From the IMG/VR virus record IMGVR_UViG_3300045988_097833: a stretch of DNA of 36,291 nt. One strand, written 5' to 3'. The position numbers were made by a program, and so were the translations under genes. The notes under the pieces were generated by a model, which was not told the origin of the DNA, searched no databases, and saw only the letters and a list, made by a program, of their open reading frames with translations. The first letter of the stretch is position 1; every line of letters begins with the position of its first letter. Origin of the DNA: a virus. Positions 1-7,605 of the stretch are shown one piece after another.

Positions 1-55
1 CTCTTTTCGATGGTGACGGCGCGGCTCTCGCGCCCGCCCCAGTCGGCGTCGCGCA
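1..55. repeat. Terminal direct repeat, copy 1 (55 bp, identical to 36237..36291); circular-closure overlap
   Basis: Read directly: ctcttttcgatggtgacggcgcggctctcgcgcccgccccagtcggcgtcgcgca occurs at both ends of the window. An ORF runs through the join in frame. Confidence 0.95.
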
Positions 56-119
56 TGCGGCCGGCGGCCGGCCGCGTCTCGATCTCCTGCCCTCCGATGG
101 TGATGTACCAGGTGTCCAT
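1..119 (-). CDS. 5' part of a wrap-around late gene (ATG at 119..117; continues at 36236 down to 35507; 282 aa in total), unknown function
   Basis: ATG lies 5 nt after AGGAGG (130..125). 119 nt plus 730 nt (35507..36236) gives 849 nt, or 283 codons, with no stop. Hand translation MDTWYITIGGQEIETRPAAGRMRDADWGGRESRAVTIEKSAVADPLALFCDGAVWGMIHRYTT joins the track ORF 35507..36187. Confidence 0.75.
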   Translation of the reverse strand, partial: MDTWYITIGGQEIETRPAAGRMRDADWGGRESRAVTIEK

Positions 120-132
120 AAGTTCCTCCTGT

Positions 133-325
133 CTATTGCTGCACGGCATTGGCCTGCAGCCATGCTAATAGTGCTCCTGCTGGTGGCTCGTCAACGGTCA
201 CTGTCCGGAACGCTTCTTGCGTCCAGTTTCCGTTGAAACCCGCATACCACGTTCCTTCCGTTTTGCTGTTGTAAGTGTTTGATGGCGTAGGATGTGCCGT
301 CTTTCAAAATGTGGTGTGTGCCCAT
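133..325 (-). CDS. Small tail-fibre-region protein that can only be read by changing frame (+1) once; either frameshifted/decayed or recoded
   Basis: ATG 325..323 lies 6 nt after AGGAGG and gives MGTHHILKDGTSYAIK..., an N-terminus like the neighbouring 338..1093 protein, but stops at 193..191. The +1 frame has no start codon yet reads ...NTYNSKTEGTWYAGFNGNWTQEAFRTVTVDEPPAGALLAWLQANAVQQ up to TAG 135..133, just before the SD of the next gene. The span is 193 nt, which is 3n+1. Confidence 0.4.
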
Positions 326-337
326 GTGGGTCCTCCT

Positions 338-1093
338 TTATGCTGCAAGGGTGTAGGTGCCGTCGGGGTTGGCAATGACGGCGGTGGTGGCGGGAAGGGT
401 GAAGGCGGGGCGGACGCCGTTCCCGTTTCCACAGTACTGTTCGGTGACATTCCCGGCGGTATCCAACACGTACACGTCTGTACTTGAATATTCTTTTGGG
501 GTTCTGGTCCATTGATGAATATTAGATCCATTTAGTTTTGCGACAGCAAGCAGGCTACGCACCGTCTGGTCCAATGGAGTCCCATCTCCGCCTCCGCTCT
601 TCAGCTCACCTATGGACAGTATAAACGCATTTTTCGTTAATTCTCTCCTCGTTTGATATTCATCGATGTAGCAGTAAATTTTTGTTTGCCCTGCCGCGCC
701 TTGAATGGCAGAGTCCAACAGCCCGAACCATGTATCCGCGAGGAAATCGGATACAGTGGATGTTGGGAATAGGTTGGAGGTGCTCCACTGGGAGAACACA
801 ATTCGTTCGTAGCATTCCTTGCGCACAATCAGCGTGCGCCCTGCGCCGTTAAGTCCGCTCTCGTAGTCGTGCTTCGCAATATAAAACGGCACGGGGCTGC
901 CGGATTCATTCAGGTACAGGATCGCGCCGGGGGTGATGGTGTTCAGGGGAATGCCCTTCGAAAACGGTACGGTGAACGCCGTCCCGCCGATGAGGTTCTT
1001 CCCGGCTTTGCATCCGTAGCCTGTGCCGCCGATCAGATCCCGGCCACCCGTCACGGAATAGGCCGTGCCGGAGATCAATGTCTTGTGCGCCAT
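338..1093 (-). CDS. Tail-fibre cluster protein; C-terminus resembles DUF6273-type domains (recalled, not searched)
   Basis: 251-aa ORF with GAGGAGG before the ATG. N-terminal GGxxLIGGTxY repeats; C-terminal IHQWTRTP...GNGNGVRPAFTL motif. Confidence 0.7.
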   Translation of the reverse strand: MAHKTLISGTAYSVTGGRDLIGGTGYGCKAGKNLIGGTAFTVPFSKGIPLNTITPGAILYLNESGSPVPFYIAKHDYESGLNGAGRTLIVRKECYERIVFSQWSTSNLFPTSTVSDFLADTWFGLLDSAIQGAAGQTKIYCYIDEYQTRRELTKNAFILSIGELKSGGGDGTPLDQTVRSLLAVAKLNGSNIHQWTRTPKEYSSTDVYVLDTAGNVTEQYCGNGNGVRPAFTLPATTAVIANPDGTYTLAA

Positions 1094-1102
1094 GGGGCCT
1101 CC

Positions 1103-1393
1103 TCACTCATACTGCCAGTTGATGGCGTAGTTCTCGGTCGGCGTGGTCTCCGAGGCTACGAGCGTCTGCTTGGTGATGTTGCCGGTCTTCATATAGTCCG
1201 TGCCCGCCACGGCCACCGCCCAGGCCGTCGGCTTCCCTCTGGCGTCCACCGCCTTGACCTTGATCAGGTCCCCGACGGAAGCGCCGGAGGCGAGGATCAC
1301 ATCTTGCTTTCCGTTCCACGCGTCTTTGTTGCTGCGCACGTCGGCGATAGCCTCGTCGATCTGCGCGCCGGTAAACTGGCTGTTGTAAGCCAT
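1103..1393 (-). CDS. Hypothetical tail-fibre cluster protein
   Basis: 96-aa ORF, co-directional and tightly packed, with non-biased composition. Confidence 0.6.
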   Translation of the reverse strand: MAYNSQFTGAQIDEAIADVRSNKDAWNGKQDVILASGASVGDLIKVKAVDARGKPTAWAVAVAGTDYMKTGNITKQTLVASETTPTENYAINWQYE

Positions 1394-1397
1394 ACGA

Positions 1398-1775
1398 TCA
1401 CTCCTTCATACACAGAAAATCCTCGCCGTCCGCGGTCTTCAGCGCCTGCGACTCTCCAAGCGGGATAAAGCCGTAGTTGTCGTTCCAGCTGCCGTCCGCG
1501 CCCTGCGCGAACAACGAAATGCGGTATTCCCCATCACCGGAAAGCAGAAAATCGTCGTAAACCTCAAAGGTGCGCTGCGTGCCCGCCGGGGTCTGGGAGA
1601 AGGACGCGATCAAAGCGCCCTTCCCGCGGCCCCAATCCTCGCCGGACTTCGTCGCGCGGCACTCGAAGGCCGTGTAGGCGATGTCCGACGAGAAGGAAAC
1701 GGTGATCGAGTCGAACCCCGAGACCGCCGAGATCTTGTTGCCCGTGATGGAGAATGTCAGCTGCGGCGCGGCCAT
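1398..1775 (-). CDS. Hypothetical tail-fibre cluster protein
   Basis: 125-aa ORF. Its ATG shares a base with the upstream TGA (TGATG overlap at 1775). Confidence 0.65.
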   Translation of the reverse strand: MAAPQLTFSITGNKISAVSGFDSITVSFSSDIAYTAFECRATKSGEDWGRGKGALIASFSQTPAGTQRTFEVYDDFLLSGDGEYRISLFAQGADGSWNDNYGFIPLGESQALKTADGEDFLCMKE

Positions 1776-2437
1776 CAGGCGGCACTCCAGGTCCCGGCGG
1801 CGTTCTTGACGAAGACCTTGACGATCTTCGTGCCGTCGCCGGAAGACGCTGCCTCGAGGTCCGCGCCCTTGACAGTGACGTTGATGGCGGTGTTCTTCTT
1901 GTAGCCTCCCTCCGTGCCGCTGACGTTGGTGGAGCCGCCCGTCGTCGGGATCTGCGTGCCCGCCGTGTGCAGGCTGCTCGTCGCCGGGACGACGCGAATG
2001 GTGTATTCCTCAAAGTCCACGTCGCAGACGAAGGAGAACGCCGCTGCATCGTAGCCCGTGACCTTCGAGATCCTGCTCTTGTCGGGGCCGGTGATGGTCA
2101 CGGCAGGAATCGACGTGTTGAGCGTGATCGTGTCGCTGACTGCGGCCGTTTCGTTGCCGACGTCGTCGCGCATCTTGACATAGATCGTCTTGAGGCCGTC
2201 GCCGTCGGGCAGCGTGATGGATTTTGTCGTGGCGAATGTCTCCCACGACGCTTCCGCCTCGGTCTCCGCCGTCTTCGTGCCCCAGATCTTCATCTGGTAG
2301 CCCGTCGTTGTCTCGTCGGAGACAGAGATCTTCGCCGTGACGGTCGCGCTGGTCGCGTACTGTGCACCGTCGTTCAGGATCAGCGATAGGCCGGCAGGTG
2401 CCAGCGTATCAAGTGTCAGATTAAAAAAACTTGCCAT
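1775..2437 (-). CDS. Hypothetical structural protein, beta-rich and Ig-like in appearance
   Basis: 220-aa ORF with SD GAAAGGGGA. Alternating beta-strand-like sequence with T/S-rich segments. Confidence 0.65.
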   Translation of the reverse strand: MASFFNLTLDTLAPAGLSLILNDGAQYATSATVTAKISVSDETTTGYQMKIWGTKTAETEAEASWETFATTKSITLPDGDGLKTIYVKMRDDVGNETAAVSDTITLNTSIPAVTITGPDKSRISKVTGYDAAAFSFVCDVDFEEYTIRVVPATSSLHTAGTQIPTTGGSTNVSGTEGGYKKNTAINVTVKGADLEAASSGDGTKIVKVFVKNAAGTWSAA

Positions 2438-2443
2438 CTGGAT

Positions 2444-2587
2444 TTATCCCCTTTCTTCGCTTGTGAGTTCAATGTACAAAAATCCGCCCGGTCTTTCGTA
2501 GATGGTTTTCGTGCCCAGGTGGGCGGATTTGATGCCCATGGAGCCGATGAACAGCTCCAGAATGCGTTTGAGTCCAACTGCCAGCAT
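2444..2587 (-). CDS. Small hypothetical protein (47 aa)
   Basis: ATG 2587 follows GGAGGGG, which overlaps the upstream stop. The longer track ORF 2444..2641 would overlap the upstream gene. Confidence 0.35.
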   Translation of the reverse strand: MLAVGLKRILELFIGSMGIKSAHLGTKTIYERPGGFLYIELTSEERG

Positions 2588-2588
2588 G

Positions 2589-3176
2589 TTACCCCTCCAA
2601 CAGATACAGTGTCCGCGCGTCCTTTTTGTCCAGCGCGTCATATTCTGATTTTGTCATCACGAGGATCGCGTCGATCTGTGCCGACTGGATGCCCCCGCCA
2701 CCAGAGCCGCCGCCGGAGTTGCGGGCCTCGTTGATGGCGTCGACGAGGTTGCCCTTGTTGTAGGTCTTGAGGTCGTCCAGATCGCCGATCTGCTTCTGCA
2801 GCTGCGCCCAGACAGGCAGGGCCGGGTCGGCCGAGGCGTCGCCGGACGGATCCGCGCCGGGCTGGACCTTGCCGAGGCTCACCCAGACGGTCGGCAGGAC
2901 GACGCCGCTTTCGTCCGCGCCATAGACGCCCACGCGGGCGTGGCGGCCCGGGACGGCGAGAACTTCGTGCGGGACGGGAACGGTATCCCCGTCCCAGTTC
3001 GCCGCCAGAACGTCGACGGTGGTCTTGCCGTTTGAGAAGACGGCGGTCTTCGTCAGCCCGTCCCACTCGGGCGAGAAGACGAACTGCACCGTCACGGCTT
3101 TGCTCATTCCCGCCGTCAAAAGCTCCGGCGGCGACGCCAGATGCGCGCACGCGCGGGAGCAGTGGATGGTGATCAT
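2589..3176 (-). CDS. Hypothetical tail-fibre/baseplate protein
   Basis: 195-aa ORF with an ATGA overlap to the upstream gene. Gly-rich linker SGGGSGGGG near the C-terminus. Confidence 0.65.
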   Translation of the reverse strand: MITIHCSRACAHLASPPELLTAGMSKAVTVQFVFSPEWDGLTKTAVFSNGKTTVDVLAANWDGDTVPVPHEVLAVPGRHARVGVYGADESGVVLPTVWVSLGKVQPGADPSGDASADPALPVWAQLQKQIGDLDDLKTYNKGNLVDAINEARNSGGGSGGGGIQSAQIDAILVMTKSEYDALDKKDARTLYLLEG

Positions 3177-3475
3177 GCGTTATCAGCTCCTTCGAAGGTC
3201 ACAAACGGCTCAAGGCACTTGATATCCCCGGCGGAAAGCCGGATATCGAGGTCGAGCGGAAGCGTGATGTGCGGCAGCTCGGGGAGCGCGTCGGCGTCCA
3301 GCTCGTTCAGCTCCGCCTGCGGCCGCCCGCTCATGAGCTGGTTTCCGTAGAATTCGAGTGTTGGGTTGAGCCTGGTCGCCAGCATGGCGAGCTGATAGGC
3401 CTGCCGGAGCGGCAGGTCCTGTTCGATGAGCTTTTGCAGTGGCTTTGCCGCGAGCGCGATGTCGTATAATTTCAT
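3173..3475 (-). CDS. Hypothetical protein
   Basis: 100-aa ORF with SD AAGGAGGG before the ATG. Confidence 0.6.
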   Translation of the reverse strand: MKLYDIALAAKPLQKLIEQDLPLRQAYQLAMLATRLNPTLEFYGNQLMSGRPQAELNELDADALPELPHITLPLDLDIRLSAGDIKCLEPFVTFEGADNA

Positions 3476-3485
3476 GATGCCCTCC

Positions 3486-4484
3486 TTAGTTGATGGCTGT
3501 GCCGTTGACGGTCAGCTTCCCGGATGAGTTGCACGCAAGGGTGCAGTAGCGGTATGAACTGTAATACAGCACGATTTCGTCTCCCCTGACTGTCACGGGA
3601 TAGCTCGATGTCCCTATCTCAAAGCCGTTCGAGGACGGCGTCAGGGTTTTTGTTTTCAGCTCCAGCGAATTGTATCCGCTCTTGAGTCCTGCGGCGGATA
3701 CCGTGCCCCACTTCGCGGCGTAGGCCGTCGATCCGTTTTTCAGGAGCACCTGGCCGTCGGTGCCGCCGCTCGGAAGCGTGCCGTCGACGTTGCCCCACGT
3801 GCAAGCGTAGTTGGTGGCGCTGGATTTTTTCAGCACCTGACCGGATGTTCCGCCGGTCGGGAGCGCGCCGGTGATGCTGCCCCACTTGGCGGCGTAGTTG
3901 CTCGCGCCGTTTTTGAGCAGGACCTGACCATCGGTGCCGCCGGTCGGCAGGAGGCCGTCGGGGCTGCCCCAGGTGACGGCGTAGTCGGTGGCGCTGGATT
4001 TTTTGAGCACCTGTCCCGTCGTTCCGCCGGGCGGCAGAGCACCGTTGATGTCGCCCCATTCGACGGCGTAGTCGGCATTTCCTGACTTTTTGAGGATCTG
4101 TCCGCTCGTTCCTCCGGTCGGCAGGAGGCCGGTAATGCTGCCCCATGTGAGCGCGTAGTCGTTGTCGGACGATTTTTTGAGCACCTGCCCGGCCGTACCG
4201 CCGGTTGGGATCTTCGCCGGCGCGTCCGCGCCGGGGTTGCCGATCGGGAACATGACGACCTTGCTGCCGGACAGCTCTAGGACGGCCACGCGCTGTCCGG
4301 CGGCGAAGTTGATGCCGGTGTTGCATTTAAAATGCTTCTCGGTCGGCTCCTCCGCGCCGTCAGGCGTGAGGGTCAGGCCGTCTTCCTCGACCGTCGCAAT
4401 GACGGCCAGCTGGAATGGCTGCTGCTGTTCTTCGGTCTGCTTCTCTTCGGGTTCTTCGGTGTACAGGCTGTCTACGCCTTCCAT
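3486..4484 (-). CDS. Tail fibre / receptor-binding candidate with six 29-aa repeats
   Basis: 332-aa ORF. The motif LPTGGTxGQVLKKSSxxxYAxxWGxxxG is repeated six times, followed by a C-terminal beta-rich domain. Confidence 0.75.
   Translation of the reverse strand: MEGVDSLYTEEPEEKQTEEQQQPFQLAVIATVEEDGLTLTPDGAEEPTEKHFKCNTGINFAAGQRVAVLELSGSKVVMFPIGNPGADAPAKIPTGGTAGQVLKKSSDNDYALTWGSITGLLPTGGTSGQILKKSGNADYAVEWGDINGALPPGGTTGQVLKKSSATDYAVTWGSPDGLLPTGGTDGQVLLKNGASNYAAKWGSITGALPTGGTSGQVLKKSSATNYACTWGNVDGTLPSGGTDGQVLLKNGSTAYAAKWGTVSAAGLKSGYNSLELKTKTLTPSSNGFEIGTSSYPVTVRGDEIVLYYSSYRYCTLACNSSGKLTVNGTAIN
3690..4211 (-). repeat. Six in-frame tandem repeats of about 87 nt inside the tail-fibre gene
   Basis: Seen in the translation (aa 92-265 of ORF 3486..4484). 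Coordinates are computed from codon positions and are approximate to within a few nt. Confidence 0.8.
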
Positions 4485-5531
4485 TTACGCAATCACCGTC
4501 CTTTTTGCAGAGTGTGTCATCAGGCTTCCGGCTGACAGCTGCATCTGCCAGCCGGTCTCTAGGTAAATGCCGCCGATGTCGTCGTGCGTGAGCGCGAGGA
4601 CGTCACCGATGCCGTGGCCGGGGTCATTGAGGGTATAAAACGTGATGGCCCGGGCGGACAGGAGCGACTCGTTGCGCATGCGGTCGGCGTAGGCCTGCAG
4701 CTCCTCCTGCGAGGCGATGTTGTCGACTTTGATGAGCGAGGCGATGCGCATGTTCCGCCGGAAGGTGGACTTGCGCGACTGCGGATTGTCGTTAACGGCC
4801 GTTGCGGCCATGGGCTTCTCCAGATCCGGGTTGGAGCAGACGCAGATAAAGACGTTCGGCGCGTCGAATATGTCTTCCTCATCTGAGAAGTTCGGCCCCG
4901 GATGCCGGTCCGGAAGGAAGAGGTCCGTCGTGCCGTAGGACCAGTCGATGTTCTGCGCGCTCGGCTCCTGATAGGGCTCGAGACGGGCGACGCCAGAGGC
5001 GTCGAACCAGAGGCTGTTGTAGTTGATCTCGGCCAGCAGGTCGTTGACGATGGTCAGGTAGCTCGTGCCGACATCCCAGTCCTCGCGGTCGGTCTGCAGC
5101 GTCGCGTCCGACGGCGTCGCAATGACGAGCGCGACGCCGCAGGCGGTGAGCAGCTTGCGGATCTCGGTGAGATAGGACGCACCGGCGGACAGGTGCAGGA
5201 TGGTCTCGGTGCGGTTGCTGTAGACGCGCCAGCAGCGGTCGTAGGCCTCGACCTCGACGCGCTTCTGACCGGCCGCGCCCTTGATGCTCGGGGTCGCGGC
5301 CTGATAGATACCGAGGGGCGTCTCCTGCCCGTCGATGGTCATGACAGGCTGGAGCTCGTCGGAGAGGTAGTCGACCGCGTCGTTGACGAGGAAGGTGCCC
5401 TTGATGCTGGTGTGGATCGTCGCGTCGCGGCTGGCGATGATCTGCGGGGCGCTGCCGGTGTCCCATTGGAGGTGGGTGATGGGCGCGCCGTTTCTGAGCA
5501 CGTCTACGCGGAAGCGGACGTCACGGGTCAA
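4485..5531 (-). CDS. Tail-associated / baseplate hub protein (Tal-like position)
   Basis: The first ~85 aa of track ORF 4485..5780 are Arg/Ser/Pro-rich and overlap the upstream gene. TTG 5531 lies 9 nt after GGAGG (5545..5541). The gene follows the Dit-like gene. Confidence 0.6.
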   Translation of the reverse strand: MTRDVRFRVDVLRNGAPITHLQWDTGSAPQIIASRDATIHTSIKGTFLVNDAVDYLSDELQPVMTIDGQETPLGIYQAATPSIKGAAGQKRVEVEAYDRCWRVYSNRTETILHLSAGASYLTEIRKLLTACGVALVIATPSDATLQTDREDWDVGTSYLTIVNDLLAEINYNSLWFDASGVARLEPYQEPSAQNIDWSYGTTDLFLPDRHPGPNFSDEEDIFDAPNVFICVCSNPDLEKPMAATAVNDNPQSRKSTFRRNMRIASLIKVDNIASQEELQAYADRMRNESLLSARAITFYTLNDPGHGIGDVLALTHDDIGGIYLETGWQMQLSAGSLMTHSAKRTVIA

Positions 5532-7605
5532 GGGTGATCGCCTCCTCCCGGTTCGTGTGCGAGATGGTGAAGGAATAGCGGCGCATGAACTCGTCGCAGT
5601 TGCTCTCGAGCGACGGGAGCGAGCCGATGACCATGTTTCCGTATCGGTCTTTGAGGCAGACGAGGCGGCCGACAAGGGCTTCCAGCGCGATAGCGGCGGC
5701 CCGCTGCGCGTGCGGCCAGGCGCAGGCGACGGACAGGGCGCGGTCGCGCTGCTCGCTGCGCTCCTCGATGGGATAGGCAAGGCCCGCCAGATGGACGGTC
5801 GAGACCCCGGCCGAGAAGCTGGTGCGGTTGGTGCGCAGCTGCGTTTCGGACAGGCGCATCTCGAGCCATACGCCGGTCTCGAGGTCGCAGATCATGTTGG
5901 TCTCGGGCAGGATCTCGGCGGTGTCGGAATTGGACACGCCGTAGTTGTCGCTTTCGTCGTAGCAGCCGCGGACGCGGTAGGTCACGCTGCCGATGCTGGT
6001 GTGGTCGATGTACTGCTTTTGGACGGTGCGGGCGATGGCCACGCCGTCCCGCTCGATCAGATAAAAATCATAGCTGCCTGCGGTCTGCCAGGTCAGCGCG
6101 GCCTCGTGGGCCGCATCGACCGACAGTGTGATCGCCTCGCCCTCGGTGTGCGAAACGGGGAGCGCGGCTGCGCTCCACTCGGACCACATGCCGTACTTGT
6201 TCTGCACGCGGACGCGGACGGTGTAGCTGCCGTCAGCGAGATAGACCGGCGAGCGCCATGTCTTTTCCGTGCCGTAGACCGTGCCGGAGGCGTAGCCGCT
6301 CGAGAGCGTCAACTGATAGGCCTCCTGCTCAGAGGTCTGCCAGGTGATGCGCGGGCGCGGGCCGGTGGACTGGATGACGATGGACGGGGCCGATGGGGCG
6401 TTGATGGCGATAAACTCGGCCTTTTCGCTCCACGCCGAGGCCGTGCCGTCGGTGTTGTAGGTTCGCACGCGCCAGTATTTCGTCCCGCTCGTAAAGGTGT
6501 TCGCGGGCACGTCGTAGTACTGATTTTCGCCGGTGACGGTCGCGAGCGTGTTCCAGGTCGTGCCGTCGGCGGACCACTGCAGGTCGGCCTTGCTCTGCGG
6601 CGTGCCGGTGGAAATGATGTGCTGCCACGAAAAGCGGTTGACGATTGTCGCGTCGATGACGATGCCGGATGGGGAAACAGGCTTGGCCGTCGGGGTGACG
6701 TCCGTGGTCGTGATCTCCTGCCATGCAGACGTTGTTGTCGTTCCGCTGTTCGCCGTCACCTTTACGCGCCACTCGATCGTCCCGGACGGGAATGTGTTTG
6801 CCGGGACCGTGCAAGAGGTCGTCGCGCCGGAGACGCTGATTGTCTTTGAGGTGCTCGCATTTTTTACGCGCCACTCGAAAACTGCGGAGGTTTGCTTTAT
6901 CTCTGCGAAGCAGACCTGTGAGTCGGCTGTGTCATCGTCACAGCGCCATGTAAACATATTTTTTTCAAATCTGTTCACAAAAGCGCCGGCTGTCGGAGCA
7001 AACCCATCCGCTGTTATCCCTACAGTGTCGTCCGAATACTCGCACACCAGCGATGGCTTCCGTGTTGACTTTGCGCCGAATATGATCGCCTCGCTTGTCC
7101 CTGATTCTCCTCCTCGAAGCGCGACCACAAAGCCATTTCTTATTCCTTGCTGCAGTTCTTCTTTTTTTGATTTGTAATTTTTCAGGTCAAAAACTGCATT
7201 TAGCTGTATGATTTCATTCAGAGCCGTCCAGTTTCCGTTTGCTTGCTCCGAGATCCCTGTGAAGGTCTGGTATATCTCAGGCCTTGTCGCATATGTCATT
7301 GCATCCGCATCAAATTGACTCGCCAACGCATTTACATATGTCCAAATCCCCTTGTATGTAGCGTCGCTTTCTGCTGTTGGCTGTGCATAAAATGCAAGCG
7401 TTACTTTTGTTACCCGTTTGAACTTGTATGCGTCGCCCGGCACAGGGAAGTTGATATATACGTTATCCCCTCGCTTAATGTTTCCCGCGTCTCCTGTAAA
7501 CGGCTCTACGAAGAATTTGTACTGTGTAAGATCCGAATAGTTTGTGTTCGGGTGGTTCTTCGCGACTGCTGTCGAGCCGCTTGCCTGCACTGTAAACGTC
7601 GGCAT
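5521..7605 (-). CDS. Distal tail (Dit)-like protein with a large N-terminal extension (carbohydrate-binding-like domain plus FN3-like modules)
   Basis: 694-aa ORF directly after the tape measure. The N-terminus resembles a DNRLRE-type domain (recalled). There are 4-5 modules with the W...WRVR/WRVK...W pattern, and the C-terminal ~130 aa look Dit-like. Confidence 0.65.
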   Translation of the reverse strand: MPTFTVQASGSTAVAKNHPNTNYSDLTQYKFFVEPFTGDAGNIKRGDNVYINFPVPGDAYKFKRVTKVTLAFYAQPTAESDATYKGIWTYVNALASQFDADAMTYATRPEIYQTFTGISEQANGNWTALNEIIQLNAVFDLKNYKSKKEELQQGIRNGFVVALRGGESGTSEAIIFGAKSTRKPSLVCEYSDDTVGITADGFAPTAGAFVNRFEKNMFTWRCDDDTADSQVCFAEIKQTSAVFEWRVKNASTSKTISVSGATTSCTVPANTFPSGTIEWRVKVTANSGTTTTSAWQEITTTDVTPTAKPVSPSGIVIDATIVNRFSWQHIISTGTPQSKADLQWSADGTTWNTLATVTGENQYYDVPANTFTSGTKYWRVRTYNTDGTASAWSEKAEFIAINAPSAPSIVIQSTGPRPRITWQTSEQEAYQLTLSSGYASGTVYGTEKTWRSPVYLADGSYTVRVRVQNKYGMWSEWSAAALPVSHTEGEAITLSVDAAHEAALTWQTAGSYDFYLIERDGVAIARTVQKQYIDHTSIGSVTYRVRGCYDESDNYGVSNSDTAEILPETNMICDLETGVWLEMRLSETQLRTNRTSFSAGVSTVHLAGLAYPIEERSEQRDRALSVACAWPHAQRAAAIALEALVGRLVCLKDRYGNMVIGSLPSLESNCDEFMRRYSFTISHTNREEAITLDP

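Noticed and set aside
3690-4211. Regular ~87-nt repeats as a possible CRISPR array
   Set aside because: The repeats are contiguous with no unique spacers. They are in frame within a long ORF and encode a conserved peptide module, so this is a protein repeat.
4485-5780. Extended N-termini offered by the ORF track for 4485..5780, 12558..14321, 34216..35145, 21486..21869, 21731..22078, 27505..27786, 26980..27447 and 20528..20776
   Set aside because: The extra residues are compositionally aberrant (Arg/Ser/Pro-rich), overlap the preceding gene extensively and lack an SD. In each case an internal start with a GGAGG-type SD, or an ATGA overlap with the upstream stop, fits better.
5383-6849. Long plus-strand ORFs antisense to well-supported minus-strand genes: 5383..6849, 7243..8295, 13176..14288, 17086..18120, 24741..25970, 31544..32572 and 33186..34250, together with many 60-200 aa ORFs in the track
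   Set aside because: Their translations are dominated by Arg, Ala, Gly, Pro and Val with low complexity. They lack SD sequences and lie opposite genes with clear family motifs. These are the typical shadow ORFs of GC-rich DNA.
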